Assembly: GCA_963674945.2 (NCBI GenBank)
Contig: CAXXWQ010000004.1
Location: 3,262,455 to 3,326,454 of the forward strand
Length of the DNA stretch: 64,000 bases
DNA from: an uncultured Desulfosarcina sp.
GTDB lineage: Bacteria; Desulfobacterota; Desulfobacteria; Desulfobacterales; Desulfosarcinaceae
Direction: 5' to 3'
The notes beneath the pieces were generated by a model, which saw only the letters and a list, made by a program, of their open reading frames with translations, searched no databases and had not been told where the DNA came from. A program made the position numbers and the translations under genes. Position 1 is the first letter of the stretch; the number at the start of each line of letters is the position of its first letter. Shown here in pieces: positions 48,689-58,821 of the stretch.

Positions 48689-49783
48689 ATGCCCGAAAAC
48701 AATCGAAGCGACGCCTTTAACGATCCTGCCATCGCCGACCATCTGGCCCGTGAAATCAGACACGCCAGCAACAAACCCATTCGCCTCATGGAGGTGTGCG
48801 GCACCCATACGGTCTCCATCTTCAGAAGCGGCATCCGCTCTCTGCTTCCGCCGACAATCTCCCTGATTTCGGGACCGGGATGCCCGGTATGCGTTACGGC
48901 CCAGTCGGAGATCGATCTCTTTGTCGCCCTGGCCCGCCAGCCGGATACCATCGTGACCACCTTCGGGGACCTGATCCGGGTGCCGGGCAGCGGATCGTCC
49001 TTGCAGCGGGAAAAGGCCGATGGGGCGGATGTGCGAATCGTTTACGCCACCCTGGACGCCGTGAACCTGGCCCGGGAAAATCCGGACAAGCGGGTGGTCT
49101 TTCTGGGGGTGGGGTTCGAGACCACCGCACCGACGGTGGCGGCCGCCATCATGGCAGCACACCGGGAGCATCTGGAAAACTTCTTCGTGGTGTCCGCCCA
49201 CAAGATCGTACCGCCGGCCCTGTCGGCGTTGGCCGGCAAGGGGCTGGCCATCGACGGTTTTCTGCTTCCCGGCCACGTTTCGGTGATCATCGGCACGGAG
49301 GCCTATCGTCCATTTTTCGAAAGATACCGGATACCCTCGGTGGTGGCCGGGTTCGAGCCCATCGACCTGCTTCAGGCCATCTTTCTTTTGGTCCGGCAGA
49401 TTGAATCGGACAGGCCGGAATTGGCCAACGCCTATCCCCGGGCCGTCTCTTCCGAAGGAAATCCAACGGCCGTGGCCGTCATGGACCAGGTGTTCGAAAG
49501 AATCGATGCCCAGTGGCGGGGGCTGGGCACCATCGCAAAAAGCGGTCTGGCCATCCGAGGGGCCTATGCCCGTTTCGATGCGGCCAGGGTTTTCGACCTT
49601 TGCATACAACCAAGTCCCGAGCCCAAAGGATGCGCCTGCGGAGAAATTCTCACCGGCACGAAGATTCCGCCCCAATGCCCCCTTTACCGAACGAGATGCA
49701 ATCCCATGCACCCGGTGGGACCATGCATGGTCTCCAGCGAAGGGACGTGTGCGGCGTACTACCGGTATGACACGACGGGATAA
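48689..49783 (+). CDS. hypD: Hydrogenase maturation protein HypD
   Basis: MEVCGTHT, GPGCPVCVT, GFETTAP, PGHVS, GPCMVSSEGTCAAYY. Confidence 0.95.
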   Translation: MPENNRSDAFNDPAIADHLAREIRHASNKPIRLMEVCGTHTVSIFRSGIRSLLPPTISLISGPGCPVCVTAQSEIDLFVALARQPDTIVTTFGDLIRVPGSGSSLQREKADGADVRIVYATLDAVNLARENPDKRVVFLGVGFETTAPTVAAAIMAAHREHLENFFVVSAHKIVPPALSALAGKGLAIDGFLLPGHVSVIIGTEAYRPFFERYRIPSVVAGFEPIDLLQAIFLLVRQIESDRPELANAYPRAVSSEGNPTAVAVMDQVFERIDAQWRGLGTIAKSGLAIRGAYARFDAARVFDLCIQPSPEPKGCACGEILTGTKIPPQCPLYRTRCNPMHPVGPCMVSSEGTCAAYYRYDTTG

Positions 49784-50011
49784 CCGCATTCGGATCGATT
49801 TTATATTTGTCACGGGAATGGCCCGCTCCTGCACCCGCAAAAGGATTGACGATTCGCGGCTTCTTGTAGGAGCTGGCCATGCCTGCGACAAGGATTTTCC
49901 ACAATGGATATTAAATGCGATGATCCTGTTTGATAGTACGGATCGGCTTGATCAATCATAGAAAAAGTGCCAAAGTTCGTGGTTGCCAATGGAAAGGCAG
50001 GACCCGTTTAC

Positions 50012-51022
50012 ATGAAAATGGATAAGATTTTACTGGATCACGGCAGTGGTGGCAAAGTATCCCACCAGCTTACCGCCGACCTTTTTTTGCCCGCATTCGA
50101 CAATCCGGCGCTGGCGAAGCTGGACGACGGCGCCGCCTTGCAGATGGCCGGCGGACGCATCGCCTTTTCCACGGATACCTATGTGGTTGATCCCATTTTT
50201 TTTCCCGGCGGCAGCATCGGAGATCTGGCCATCAATGGTACGGTCAACGATGTGTCCATGTGTGGCGCCGTTCCCCTGTACCTGAGTGTCGCCATGGTCA
50301 TCGAGGAGGGATTCGCCGTTTCCGACCTGAAACGGATCGTGGATGATATGGGACGGGCCGCCAAGACGGCAGGGGTGGCGGTGGTCACCGGTGACACCAA
50401 GGTTGTGCCAAGGGGGGCGGCGGACAAGATCTTCATCAACACGGCCGGCGTCGGCGTCATCGATGAAAATGTCAACGTCTCCGGGGCCAATGCACGACCC
50501 GGAGACAGGGTCATCCTGAGCGGCACCATGGCGGACCACGGCATGACCATTCTTTCCCGGCGCCAGGGGCTCGAATTCGAGTCGGACATCACCAGCGATT
50601 CGGCGCCTCTCAATAAAATGGTGGCGGATATTCTAAAGACCGGGTGTGACATTCACACGCTGCGCGATCCCACACGGGGCGGCGTCGGAACGACTCTCAA
50701 CGAGATCGCCGGACAGTCCCATGTCGGCATCCGCATCCATGAAAAAGCGCTTCCCATCCGGTCCGCCGTAAGGGGCATCTGTGAGCTTTTAGGATTCGAT
50801 CCCCTTTACGTTGCCAATGAAGGAAAGCTGTTGGCATTCGTTCCCGACAACCAGGCAGACCGTGTGCTGGCGGCCATCCAAAATTCTCCATATGGAAAAG
50901 AGGCCCGTATCATCGGGGAGGTGGTCGACGACCATCCGGGGCGCGTCTACATGAAGACCCGCATCGGCGGCGAGCGTATCGTCGATATGCTATCAGGTGA
51001 GCAGCTGCCGCGCATATGCTGA
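50012..51022 (+). CDS. hypE: Hydrogenase maturation protein HypE
   Basis: HGSGG, GTVND, GDTKVV, RDPTRGG, GEQLPRIC C-terminus. Confidence 0.95.
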   Translation: MKMDKILLDHGSGGKVSHQLTADLFLPAFDNPALAKLDDGAALQMAGGRIAFSTDTYVVDPIFFPGGSIGDLAINGTVNDVSMCGAVPLYLSVAMVIEEGFAVSDLKRIVDDMGRAAKTAGVAVVTGDTKVVPRGAADKIFINTAGVGVIDENVNVSGANARPGDRVILSGTMADHGMTILSRRQGLEFESDITSDSAPLNKMVADILKTGCDIHTLRDPTRGGVGTTLNEIAGQSHVGIRIHEKALPIRSAVRGICELLGFDPLYVANEGKLLAFVPDNQADRVLAAIQNSPYGKEARIIGEVVDDHPGRVYMKTRIGGERIVDMLSGEQLPRIC

Positions 51023-51146
51023 CGGTTTCCTAAGAAGTCCGATATCGGCGCCTGCGCGAACCCCACGTCGCTGCGAAGTACTACTTGTACGACTCGCTCC
51101 TTTGGGGTCCACAAGCCTTGATCTCGAACTTCTTACGAAAACGTCC
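51020..51146. repeat. Palindromic repeat starting at the hypE stop codon, core-family copy
   Basis: TGACGGTTTCCTAAGAAGTCCGATATCGGCG...GCCTTGATCTCGAACTTCTTACGAAAACGTCC. Confidence 0.8.
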
Positions 51147-51174
51147 CGAAAGAAACGAATTTTCGAGGGTTGAA

Positions 51175-52215
51175 ATGCTGAATCCATTGTTGTTTGTGAA
51201 TGTTCGCGTACGCCGAATCCTGCTGGTGATGGTTGCGGTTCTTTCTCTTTCGTGTATCGCCTGTCAGCCGAAAAAAGAGCTGCAGTTGTCCGGAAAGACC
51301 ATGGGCACCTTCTACCACATCAAGGTGGTGGCGGGCATGTTTACCGACAAAGCCGATCTGCAGAAAAAGATCGACGACCGCCTCGTTCAGATCAACAAGA
51401 GCATGTCCACCTACGATCCGGACAGCGAGATCAGCCGGTTCAACGCCATGGACGCTTCAGACACCCCCTTTTCCCCTTCCGACGATTTTCTCACCGTGTT
51501 GCAGGTGGCGGCCGAGGTGTACCGCCTCACCGACGGGGCCTGGGACGGCACCCTGGACCCGCTGATCAACCTATGGGGATTCGGCAGGAAGGGAACCGTG
51601 AGCCGGATACCGGCGGATGAAGAGATCCGGGGGGCGCTGGCAACAGTGGGTTTTGACCATATTCGCTTCGATCCTGCGGGAACCATCGGAAAAAACGATC
51701 CGGCCGTTACCCTGGACCTGGCCTCCATCGCCAAGGGGTACGGGGTCGACGAAATCGCCCGGCTGCTGGGAAAAATCGGCTATCCTGACTTTCTCGTGGA
51801 AATCGGCGGCGAGGTGTATGCCCGGGGACATCGAAAGGATGGGAAGCCCTGGCGGGTCGGCATCAATCGTCCAGAACGAAATGCCGCGTTTACAGACGTT
51901 TACAAGGCCATTGGTCTGACGGACCGGGCCATGGCCACCAGCGGCGATTACCGGATATTTTTTAAGATCGATGACCGGTACTACTCCCACATTCTCGATC
52001 CGCGAACGGGCAGGCCGGTGACAAACGGTGTGGTCAGTGCCACGGTGGTCGCCGCCAATTGTACCGTGGCCGATGGCCTTGCCACCGCCTTGATGGTGAT
52101 GGGGCCGGACCATGGCCTTTCGCTGGTGAATCGTCTGCCTTCGGTGGAATGTCTGCTGGTGATTCGAAGATCCGATGGAACATTGGTGGATTACCCGTCC
52201 GACGGATTCCGGTGA
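51175..52215 (+). CDS. apbE: FAD:protein FMN transferase ApbE (lipoprotein)
   Basis: IAC lipobox, TMGT, MSTYDPDSEISRFN, DLASIAKGYGVD, ATSGDY, SHILDPRTG. Confidence 0.92.
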   Translation: MLNPLLFVNVRVRRILLVMVAVLSLSCIACQPKKELQLSGKTMGTFYHIKVVAGMFTDKADLQKKIDDRLVQINKSMSTYDPDSEISRFNAMDASDTPFSPSDDFLTVLQVAAEVYRLTDGAWDGTLDPLINLWGFGRKGTVSRIPADEEIRGALATVGFDHIRFDPAGTIGKNDPAVTLDLASIAKGYGVDEIARLLGKIGYPDFLVEIGGEVYARGHRKDGKPWRVGINRPERNAAFTDVYKAIGLTDRAMATSGDYRIFFKIDDRYYSHILDPRTGRPVTNGVVSATVVAANCTVADGLATALMVMGPDHGLSLVNRLPSVECLLVIRRSDGTLVDYPSDGFR

Positions 52216-52381
52216 TTTCTAAGTTGACAATGTGGGGATAGTCCGATAATTGACTTTGTAGTCATAACAATCTCCATAATATTGATGGGTTATATTCGGA
52301 TTAGCTAAAACCTACAAGTCAAACGGGCCCGGGCTGTCTGTGAGGAATGTTTGGGCCCCTGTCATGCAAGGAAGGTGAAAT

Positions 52382-53149
52382 GTGGAAATTGCCGTATTGA
52401 TCAAACAAGTTCCGGCCACCGAATCGCAGATCGAGATCGCGGATGACAATGTGGCCATTAAAACCTATGACATCAAGTGGGTGATGAATCCCTATGACGA
52501 GATGGCCGTGGAAGAGGCCCTCCAGGTCCGCGACGCCGCCGGTGGTGCGGTGACCGCCTTTACCTTGGGGCCGGTCAAGGCCGTGGATGCCTTGCGTACG
52601 GCGCTGGCCATGGGCGTGGATACCGCCGTCCACATCGACACGGCGGGAAAAGCCGTAGACGGCCTGAACACTTCCAGAGCCCTGGCCGAAGAGTTGAAAA
52701 AGGGCGCTTTCGACCTGATCATCGCCGGTCACCGGGCCGTGGATGACGACAACTTCCAGGTGGGGCCGGCCGTCGCCGAATTCATGGGAATTCCCCACAT
52801 CTCCATGGTGATCGATCAACAAATAACCGACGGAAAGATCACCTGCACACGGACCATAGAAGGAGGCACCCTGACGGTGGAAACCGCTCTTCCCGCATTG
52901 ATCACCACCCAGCGAGGTCTCAACGAACCCCGCTACGCCAGTCTGCCGGGAATCATGAAGGCCAAGAAGAAACCCATCGATACCCGGGAGTTGTCACTGG
53001 GCGACGGCGGTTCGGAAAACGGCGTCACGATCCTGGCCATGCGCTTTCCCGAACAGCGAAAAGGCGGTCGGATCATCGAGGGAGATACGCCGGCGGACCT
53101 GGCTGCGAAATTGGTCAAGGCTCTTAGGGAAGAAGCCAAGGTCCTCTAA
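52382..53149 (+). CDS. etfB: Electron transfer flavoprotein beta subunit
   Basis: IKQVP, MNPYDEMAVEEAL, ALAMG.D, NEPRYASLPGIMKAKKK. Confidence 0.93.
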   Translation: MEIAVLIKQVPATESQIEIADDNVAIKTYDIKWVMNPYDEMAVEEALQVRDAAGGAVTAFTLGPVKAVDALRTALAMGVDTAVHIDTAGKAVDGLNTSRALAEELKKGAFDLIIAGHRAVDDDNFQVGPAVAEFMGIPHISMVIDQQITDGKITCTRTIEGGTLTVETALPALITTQRGLNEPRYASLPGIMKAKKKPIDTRELSLGDGGSENGVTILAMRFPEQRKGGRIIEGDTPADLAAKLVKALREEAKVL

Positions 53150-53231
53150 TGTTTGCCATATGGACTGTTTCCGAAGCGATGCAAACCACGCCCCGGGATA
53201 ACCGGGCGTTTATAGACGAAGGAGAATAAAC

Positions 53232-54197
53232 ATGTCACAGGGAATTCTGGCCATCACCGAACAGGTTGACGGTTCCTTTAAAGATATCTCATTCGAAGCC
53301 GTTTCCACGGCCAACACCCTTTCCAAAACCCTGGGCGGTCCGGTGATTGCCGCCGTCATGGGAACGGGTGTCGATGCCATCGCCTCCCAGACGGCCGAGT
53401 ATGGGGCCGAAAAGGTGCTTGTGGCCGACAATGAAGGCCTGAAAGACGGGCTTTCCGATGCCTTCACCGAGGCGGCGGCCCAATTGGTGGCCAAGGCCGA
53501 TCCCGCCGTCATCGTGATCGGTGCCACCGCCCTGGGAAAAGACATCGCAGCACGTCTCTCCGCCCGCCTTTCCGCTCCCATGGCAATGGACTGCGTGGAC
53601 GTTTGCGTGAAAAACGACAAGGTGGTGGCCACACGCCCCATGTACGGCGGCAAGGTCCTGGCGGATGTTGCGTTGACCGGCAGCCCGGCCATCGTGGCCA
53701 TTCGGCCCCGGGCCATGACGGCGACCGCGGCCCAAGGGGCGGGAGATATGGAAAAGGTGGACGTCACCCTGGCCGATACGCCGTTGAAGCTGGTGGAAAA
53801 GAAATTGGAAACAGACAAGATCGAACTGACCGAGGCCGATGTGGTGGTCACGGGCGGACGCGGCATGGGGGGAGACGATTTTACCGTAGTGGAAGCCCTG
53901 GCAAAGGTCCTGGGCGGTGCCGTCGGCGCTTCGCGAAGTGCCGTGGACGAGGGCTGGCGGCCGGCGTCCGATCAGGTGGGACAGACGGGAAAGGTGGTGA
54001 CGCCAAACCTTTATGTTGCCTGCGGCGTCTCCGGCGCCATCCAGCATCTGGCCGGAATGGCCTCCTCCCGGGTGATTGTCGCCATCAACAAAGACCCCGA
54101 GGCACCGATTTTCTCCAAATGCGATTACGGCATCGTCGGCGACCTCTTCGCGGTGGTGCCGGCACTGACGGCGGAGGTCGAAAAACGCAAGGGATAA
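53232..54197 (+). CDS. etfA: Electron transfer flavoprotein alpha subunit
   Basis: [45 protein letters not shown]. Confidence 0.95.
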   Translation: MSQGILAITEQVDGSFKDISFEAVSTANTLSKTLGGPVIAAVMGTGVDAIASQTAEYGAEKVLVADNEGLKDGLSDAFTEAAAQLVAKADPAVIVIGATALGKDIAARLSARLSAPMAMDCVDVCVKNDKVVATRPMYGGKVLADVALTGSPAIVAIRPRAMTATAAQGAGDMEKVDVTLADTPLKLVEKKLETDKIELTEADVVVTGGRGMGGDDFTVVEALAKVLGGAVGASRSAVDEGWRPASDQVGQTGKVVTPNLYVACGVSGAIQHLAGMASSRVIVAINKDPEAPIFSKCDYGIVGDLFAVVPALTAEVEKRKG

Positions 54198-55526
54198 ATG
54201 TCCATTTACATCGAAAGTTTGGGATGCGCCCGCAACCAGGTGGACAGTGAGAACATGGCCGGGCGTCTTCTCGCCGCCGGCTGGACCCTGACCCGGGATC
54301 CTTCCCAGGCCACGGTCATCGTCGTCAATACCTGCAGCTTCGTGGAATCGGCCACCGACGAATCCATCGATACCATCCTCGAACTGGCCCGCTTCAAAAA
54401 GGAGGGGGCATGCAGACGCCTGGTGGTTGCAGGATGCCTGCCGGAACGGTATCGGGAAGAGATCGCCGAGGCCCTGCCCGAGGTGGACCAGTTTTTGGGA
54501 ACCGGCGCATTTTCCCGAATCATCGAGGCCGTGACCGGGACTCTGGACGGCGGCACCTGCCTTCTTCCGGATCCCGACCGCATCGCCATGGACGAAACGG
54601 GCCTGCGGGAGCGGGAACTTTCCCACACCGCCTACTTGAAAATCGCCGAGGGGTGCAGCCGACATTGCACCTATTGCATCATCCCCCGCTTGCGGGGCCG
54701 CCAGAAGAGCCGTCCCATGGCGCAGATCCTCGCAGAGGCCAGGCAATTGATTGCAGCGGGCGCAAAGGAGCTGAATCTGGTCTCCCAGGACACCACCCAT
54801 TACGGGCAAGACCGTCCCGACGAGGTGGGGCTGGACACGCTGCTCGCCCGTCTTGCCGAGATCGACCGGTCGGTCTGGATCCGGTTTCTCTACGGCCACC
54901 CCGAGAGCATTTCCGACAGGGTCATCGAGACCGTGGCCGCCCATGACAACCTCTGCCCCTATTTCGACCTGCCCATCCAGCATGCTGCCGACCGGATATT
55001 GAAACGCATGGGCCGCAATTACGACAAGGACCGGCTGATGGACCTGTTTGACCGCATCCGGACCAAAGTCCCCGGTGCCGTTTTGCGCACGACCCTGATT
55101 GTCGGCTTTCCCGGAGAGACCGATGCCGATTTTACGGAGTTGCTTTCCTTCGTGGAGCGGGTTCGCTTCGATCATCTGGGGGTCTTTGCCTACTCCGATG
55201 CCGACGATTTGTCCTCCCACAGGCTGTCCGGTCACGTCTCTGAAAAGCTGGCCCGATCCCGCCACGACCGGATCATGGAGCGGCAGATGGCGATCTCGGC
55301 CGAAAACCTGGAGAAGATGGTCGGAAAGACACTTCCGGTGCTGATCGAAGCCTCCCCCGAACCCGATCTGTACGAGGGGCGAATCATGACCCAGGCGCCG
55401 GAAGTGGACGGCATGGTCTTCGTTAATTTCCGGCCGGATGGGCCTGTTCCGAAAATTGGCGACATTGCATCGGTGAAGATTACCCAGACCATGGAGTATG
55501 ACCTGATAGGACATATGGATGACTGA
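54198..55526 (+). CDS. rimO: Ribosomal protein S12 methylthiotransferase RimO
   Basis: SLGCARNQVDSE, NTCSF, YLKIAEGCSRHCTYC, QAPEVDG TRAM. Confidence 0.93.
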   Translation: MSIYIESLGCARNQVDSENMAGRLLAAGWTLTRDPSQATVIVVNTCSFVESATDESIDTILELARFKKEGACRRLVVAGCLPERYREEIAEALPEVDQFLGTGAFSRIIEAVTGTLDGGTCLLPDPDRIAMDETGLRERELSHTAYLKIAEGCSRHCTYCIIPRLRGRQKSRPMAQILAEARQLIAAGAKELNLVSQDTTHYGQDRPDEVGLDTLLARLAEIDRSVWIRFLYGHPESISDRVIETVAAHDNLCPYFDLPIQHAADRILKRMGRNYDKDRLMDLFDRIRTKVPGAVLRTTLIVGFPGETDADFTELLSFVERVRFDHLGVFAYSDADDLSSHRLSGHVSEKLARSRHDRIMERQMAISAENLEKMVGKTLPVLIEASPEPDLYEGRIMTQAPEVDGMVFVNFRPDGPVPKIGDIASVKITQTMEYDLIGHMDD

Positions 55527-56499
55527 TCTTAAAAGAAAAATCCTGAACGCCGTACAGGACGACTTGGACCGGATCGAGAGGGAACTTGCCGGCAATCTCA
55601 ACCCTCACTTCGATCTGGTCTCCCAAGTGGCAGGGCACATTCTCTTTGCCGGCGGAAAACGATTGCGGCCGCTTCTGATGGTTTTGTGTGCCCGGCTGTG
55701 CGGATACGACGATCCTCGTGCTGCCCGCTACGCCACCATCTTCGAATACCTCCACGCCGCCACCTTGCTGCACGACGACCTGGTGGACGGCGCCGATCTT
55801 CGAAGGGGCCGGCAGGTGGCTCATCTCAAGTGGGACAATCCCACGGCGGTTCTCACCGGGGACTTTCTTCTGGCAAGAGGGCTTTCCATCGCAGCGGATA
55901 CGGGATCATGCCAGGTGATCGAAACCATCGCCTCCATTACCGAGAACATGTCCCAGGGAGAGATTCGACAGATGGAGAAAAAGGGGGCGATCGAGCTCAC
56001 GGAAGAGCAATACATGGAGGTGATCCGGTGTAAGACGGCCGTCTTGTTCCAGGGTGCCACTCGCACCGGCGCCCTCGTGGCCGGCGCAGATGCCGATGTG
56101 GCCCGGCGGCTGACCGATTTCGGATATCATCTGGGCCTGGCCTTCCAGATGGCCGACGACCTGCTCGATTACACCCAGGACGAAGCCGCCCTGGGCAAGC
56201 ATGCCGGAGCCGACATCAGGGAGGGAAAGCTGACGCTTCCGCTGATCCATGCCCTGGCAAAGGCGACACCGGACCACAAAGAGCAGATGGTGGATATCGT
56301 CAGGCGTCAGGACTTCAGCCAGGATGAGTTTCTCGGGCTCGTAAGACTGCTGGAGCACTACGGCGGCATCGCCTACACCCGCGAACAGGCCGCCAGACAC
56401 ATAACCGAGGCGAAAACCCTCCTCGCCTCCTTCGCGCCGAGTGAGACCCGTCAGACCCTTTTTGACATCGCCGATTATGCCCTGGTTCGAACGTCTTGA
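55519..56499 (+). CDS. Polyprenyl diphosphate synthase (IspB-like)
   Basis: GGKRLRP, LLHDDLVD..RRG, KTA, FQMADDLLD. Confidence 0.92.
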   Translation: MTDLKRKILNAVQDDLDRIERELAGNLNPHFDLVSQVAGHILFAGGKRLRPLLMVLCARLCGYDDPRAARYATIFEYLHAATLLHDDLVDGADLRRGRQVAHLKWDNPTAVLTGDFLLARGLSIAADTGSCQVIETIASITENMSQGEIRQMEKKGAIELTEEQYMEVIRCKTAVLFQGATRTGALVAGADADVARRLTDFGYHLGLAFQMADDLLDYTQDEAALGKHAGADIREGKLTLPLIHALAKATPDHKEQMVDIVRRQDFSQDEFLGLVRLLEHYGGIAYTREQAARHITEAKTLLASFAPSETRQTLFDIADYALVRTS

Positions 56500-56548
56500 G
56501 ATGAACGAAAGGATTGCACGGTGCATTCGTTTTGGTGCAAAATACATA

Positions 56549-56804
56549 TGACGACTTCGTAAAAAGCTTTTCCAGGCCAAACAATCGCATGCAAGAAACT
56601 CGATCTTATTTTCTTTGCAGATAGACGGAAACGAGGGAAGCGCTTTTTATCAAAAAGTCCTTTTTGAGTGGAATAATGAACGAGTTCCGTAGAAGTCCGA
56701 TATCGGCGTTACGCTTCACCCCTCGTCACTGCGACGTATTCGACCATACGCCTCATTCCTCGGGGCTCGCAAGCCTTGATCTCGAACTTTTTACGAAGCC
56801 GTCC
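56549..56804. repeat. Composite repeat with terminal IRs TGACGACTTCGTAAAAAG / CTTTTTACGAAGCCGTCC; core at 56695-56787
   Basis: Homologous to 38499-38681, 51020-51146 and 8088-8162. Confidence 0.85.
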
Positions 56805-56868
56805 GAAATCCGAATTCATACAAGTTTGTCACACATACGAAAAAACACACTATTTCCCGGAGACCAAT

Positions 56869-58059
56869 ATGTCCCATGTGAAAGCAAGACCAATACCGAT
56901 TCAAACGATTTGCCTGACCATTGCTCTGGTAATGATGGCCACTATCGGCCACGGCCAGGAAGACCCTGGAGTGAAAGAACTCGTTGCGCTGGGAACCGCA
57001 AAGATCCGCAGCCAGAATCTGTCAGAAGCGAAGCAGAATGCGGTGGAGGATGCACTCGTCAATGCGGTGGGGCAGGTGGTCATGGAAATGCTTACCGCCG
57101 AGACCGTTTCTCGTCGATTCCAACTGATCGACGACAATGTGTTTAAGAAACAGGCGAATTTTGTCCTCAACTATCGTGTTCTCACCGAGTCCGTCTCCGG
57201 CAACGCCGTCCGTTCCCTGGTGCAGGTGGATGTGGCCGCCGACCGGGTGAACCAGGAACTCTCCCGACTGGGCGTTGCCTTGTCCGGTGCCGTATACCCA
57301 CGGATTCTTTTCATGATTGCGGAAAAGAATGTCACGGATGACACATTCACCTTTTGGTGGGGGGATAGACCGGTTGCAGGCCGAACCATCAGTGAAGCGG
57401 CCATGGTCGAGTCCCTCCAGTCCTCCGGATGTACCACCATCGACCCACCTGAATTGAATTCGCTGTTGGGTCTTGCCGTAAATACGCCCGATGCGCAATT
57501 GTTGGCCATTGCCAAACAGCTGGGAGCGGAGGTCTTGATCACCGGAACGGGAATGGCAACCGAAGCCCCCAATACCATGGGGGGAACCATCCGGGCTTTC
57601 GAGGCCGTCGTTACGGCAAAGGCATTGAATGTGAGAACGGGTGAAGTCATCTGTAACACGTACCAAAGCAGTGTCGCCTCCAGTCAGGACGTGGCTGCGG
57701 GAGGAAGTGAAGCACTCTCCAAGGCAGGTGCCATGGCCGGAGACCATCTCGCACGGCAGGTGATGGTCGCCTGGCAGAAAGACCAGGAGAAAGGCGCCGT
57801 GCTGGAAGTAACTGTGGAGGGGACCGGTGGCCATATCGCCAGCCTCGTTCGCCTTCGGACGGAGATCACCTCCATATCCGGTGTCAGGGAATTGAAGATG
57901 AAAACCATGTCCACGGATAAGGCTGTCATGGCCGTCAGCTATCAGGGCAGCAGCCGTTCACTGGCCGATGCACTTTTACTCAAGACTTTTACCGGTTTCG
58001 GCATCGACATCTACGAAGTTACGCCCGAGGCCATTGGCATTCGACTGGTTCACAAGTAG
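56869..58059 (+). CDS. Secreted protein with FlgT N-terminal-like domain
   Basis: Signal peptide, AKQNAVEDALVNAVGQV, PRILFMIAE. Confidence 0.65.
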   Translation: MSHVKARPIPIQTICLTIALVMMATIGHGQEDPGVKELVALGTAKIRSQNLSEAKQNAVEDALVNAVGQVVMEMLTAETVSRRFQLIDDNVFKKQANFVLNYRVLTESVSGNAVRSLVQVDVAADRVNQELSRLGVALSGAVYPRILFMIAEKNVTDDTFTFWWGDRPVAGRTISEAAMVESLQSSGCTTIDPPELNSLLGLAVNTPDAQLLAIAKQLGAEVLITGTGMATEAPNTMGGTIRAFEAVVTAKALNVRTGEVICNTYQSSVASSQDVAAGGSEALSKAGAMAGDHLARQVMVAWQKDQEKGAVLEVTVEGTGGHIASLVRLRTEITSISGVRELKMKTMSTDKAVMAVSYQGSSRSLADALLLKTFTGFGIDIYEVTPEAIGIRLVHK

Positions 58060-58119
58060 TCTGCAACTGCCTGTTTGCCGGGATCCAGGGTAATCGGATT
58101 TGAAATTTGCTGGCCTTAT

Positions 58120-58200
58120 GGGACAAGGGATGGACGAATGACGATGGAAGAGGGACGAAAATGCATGGATTGATTGTGTCGTCCCTCGTCCTTCCTTTCC
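58120..58200. repeat. Degenerate inverted heptamer repeat (GGACGAN type)
   Basis: GGACGAA TGACGAT GGAAGAG GGACGAA ... GTCGTCC CTCGTCC TTCC. Confidence 0.5.
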
Positions 58201-58287
58201 GACTCATGCGAATTGTTACTACGAATAGGCCATAACCTCAAAATTGATGAGGACTGAATTCAAACTCCCTTGGGGATCGTATTTCCC

Positions 58288-58316
58288 TTGACAGCGAAAT
58301 GTTCAGGTGTTATCTG
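58288..58316 (+). promoter_or_regulatory. Sigma70-type promoter for tRNA-Val
   Basis: TTGACA-17 nt-TATCTG with an extended TG, 13 nt before the tRNA. Confidence 0.6.
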
Positions 58317-58329
58317 CAGGACTTCATAA

Positions 58330-58404
58330 AGGCGCGTAGCTCAGGGGGAGAGCGCTTCCCTGACACGGAAGAGGTCGTTGGTTCAAATCCAATCGCGCCT
58401 ACCA
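58330..58404 (+). tRNA. tRNA-Val(GAC)
   Basis: AGGCGCGTAGCTCAG...CT-GAC-AC...GGTTCAAATCCAATCGCGCCTACCA. Confidence 0.95.
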
Positions 58405-58445
58405 ACAAAATAAAGAGTTTGCAGATTTACAGCAAGCCTTTCAAG

Positions 58446-58500
58446 GATCGATCTTGGGTATAATTTCAGTTTGCATACCCAAGATCGATTTTTTTGTTTT
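58446..58500 (+). terminator. Terminator after tRNA-Val
   Basis: ATCGATCTTGGGTAT ... ATACCCAAGATCGAT followed by a T run. Confidence 0.75.
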
Positions 58501-58821
58501 TCGATGTGATTTAAGCGGAGATGATTAATTTTATATTAAAAATCAATTTGTTATCCCGAGATTTTTTGTCGCCTGCGGTTTGCAAATAACCTGAACAGAT
58601 CTTTCCTCGCCAAATTTCCAACGAGTTAACATAATTCCGTATATCACAACAATTGACAGTGGCGACCGACGAAAGGCAACCACTATCGTTTCGCTCTTCC
58701 AACGGTTGACCCCAAAAATCATTCCTATATATATGTATAAAATCAGGAAACTTGATTTCCTAATTGTTGCATATGGCAAGCAAAACATAATGTAAGTGGT
58801 TGAAAAACAGAAAGATAGGAG

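Noticed and set aside
53289..55601. 770-aa antisense ORF, and similar long shadow ORFs (46967-48271, 48635-49891, 34035-35261, 17412-18629)
   Set aside because: They overlap well-supported genes on the opposite strand or in another frame and show no recognisable motifs; expected from GC-rich codon bias.
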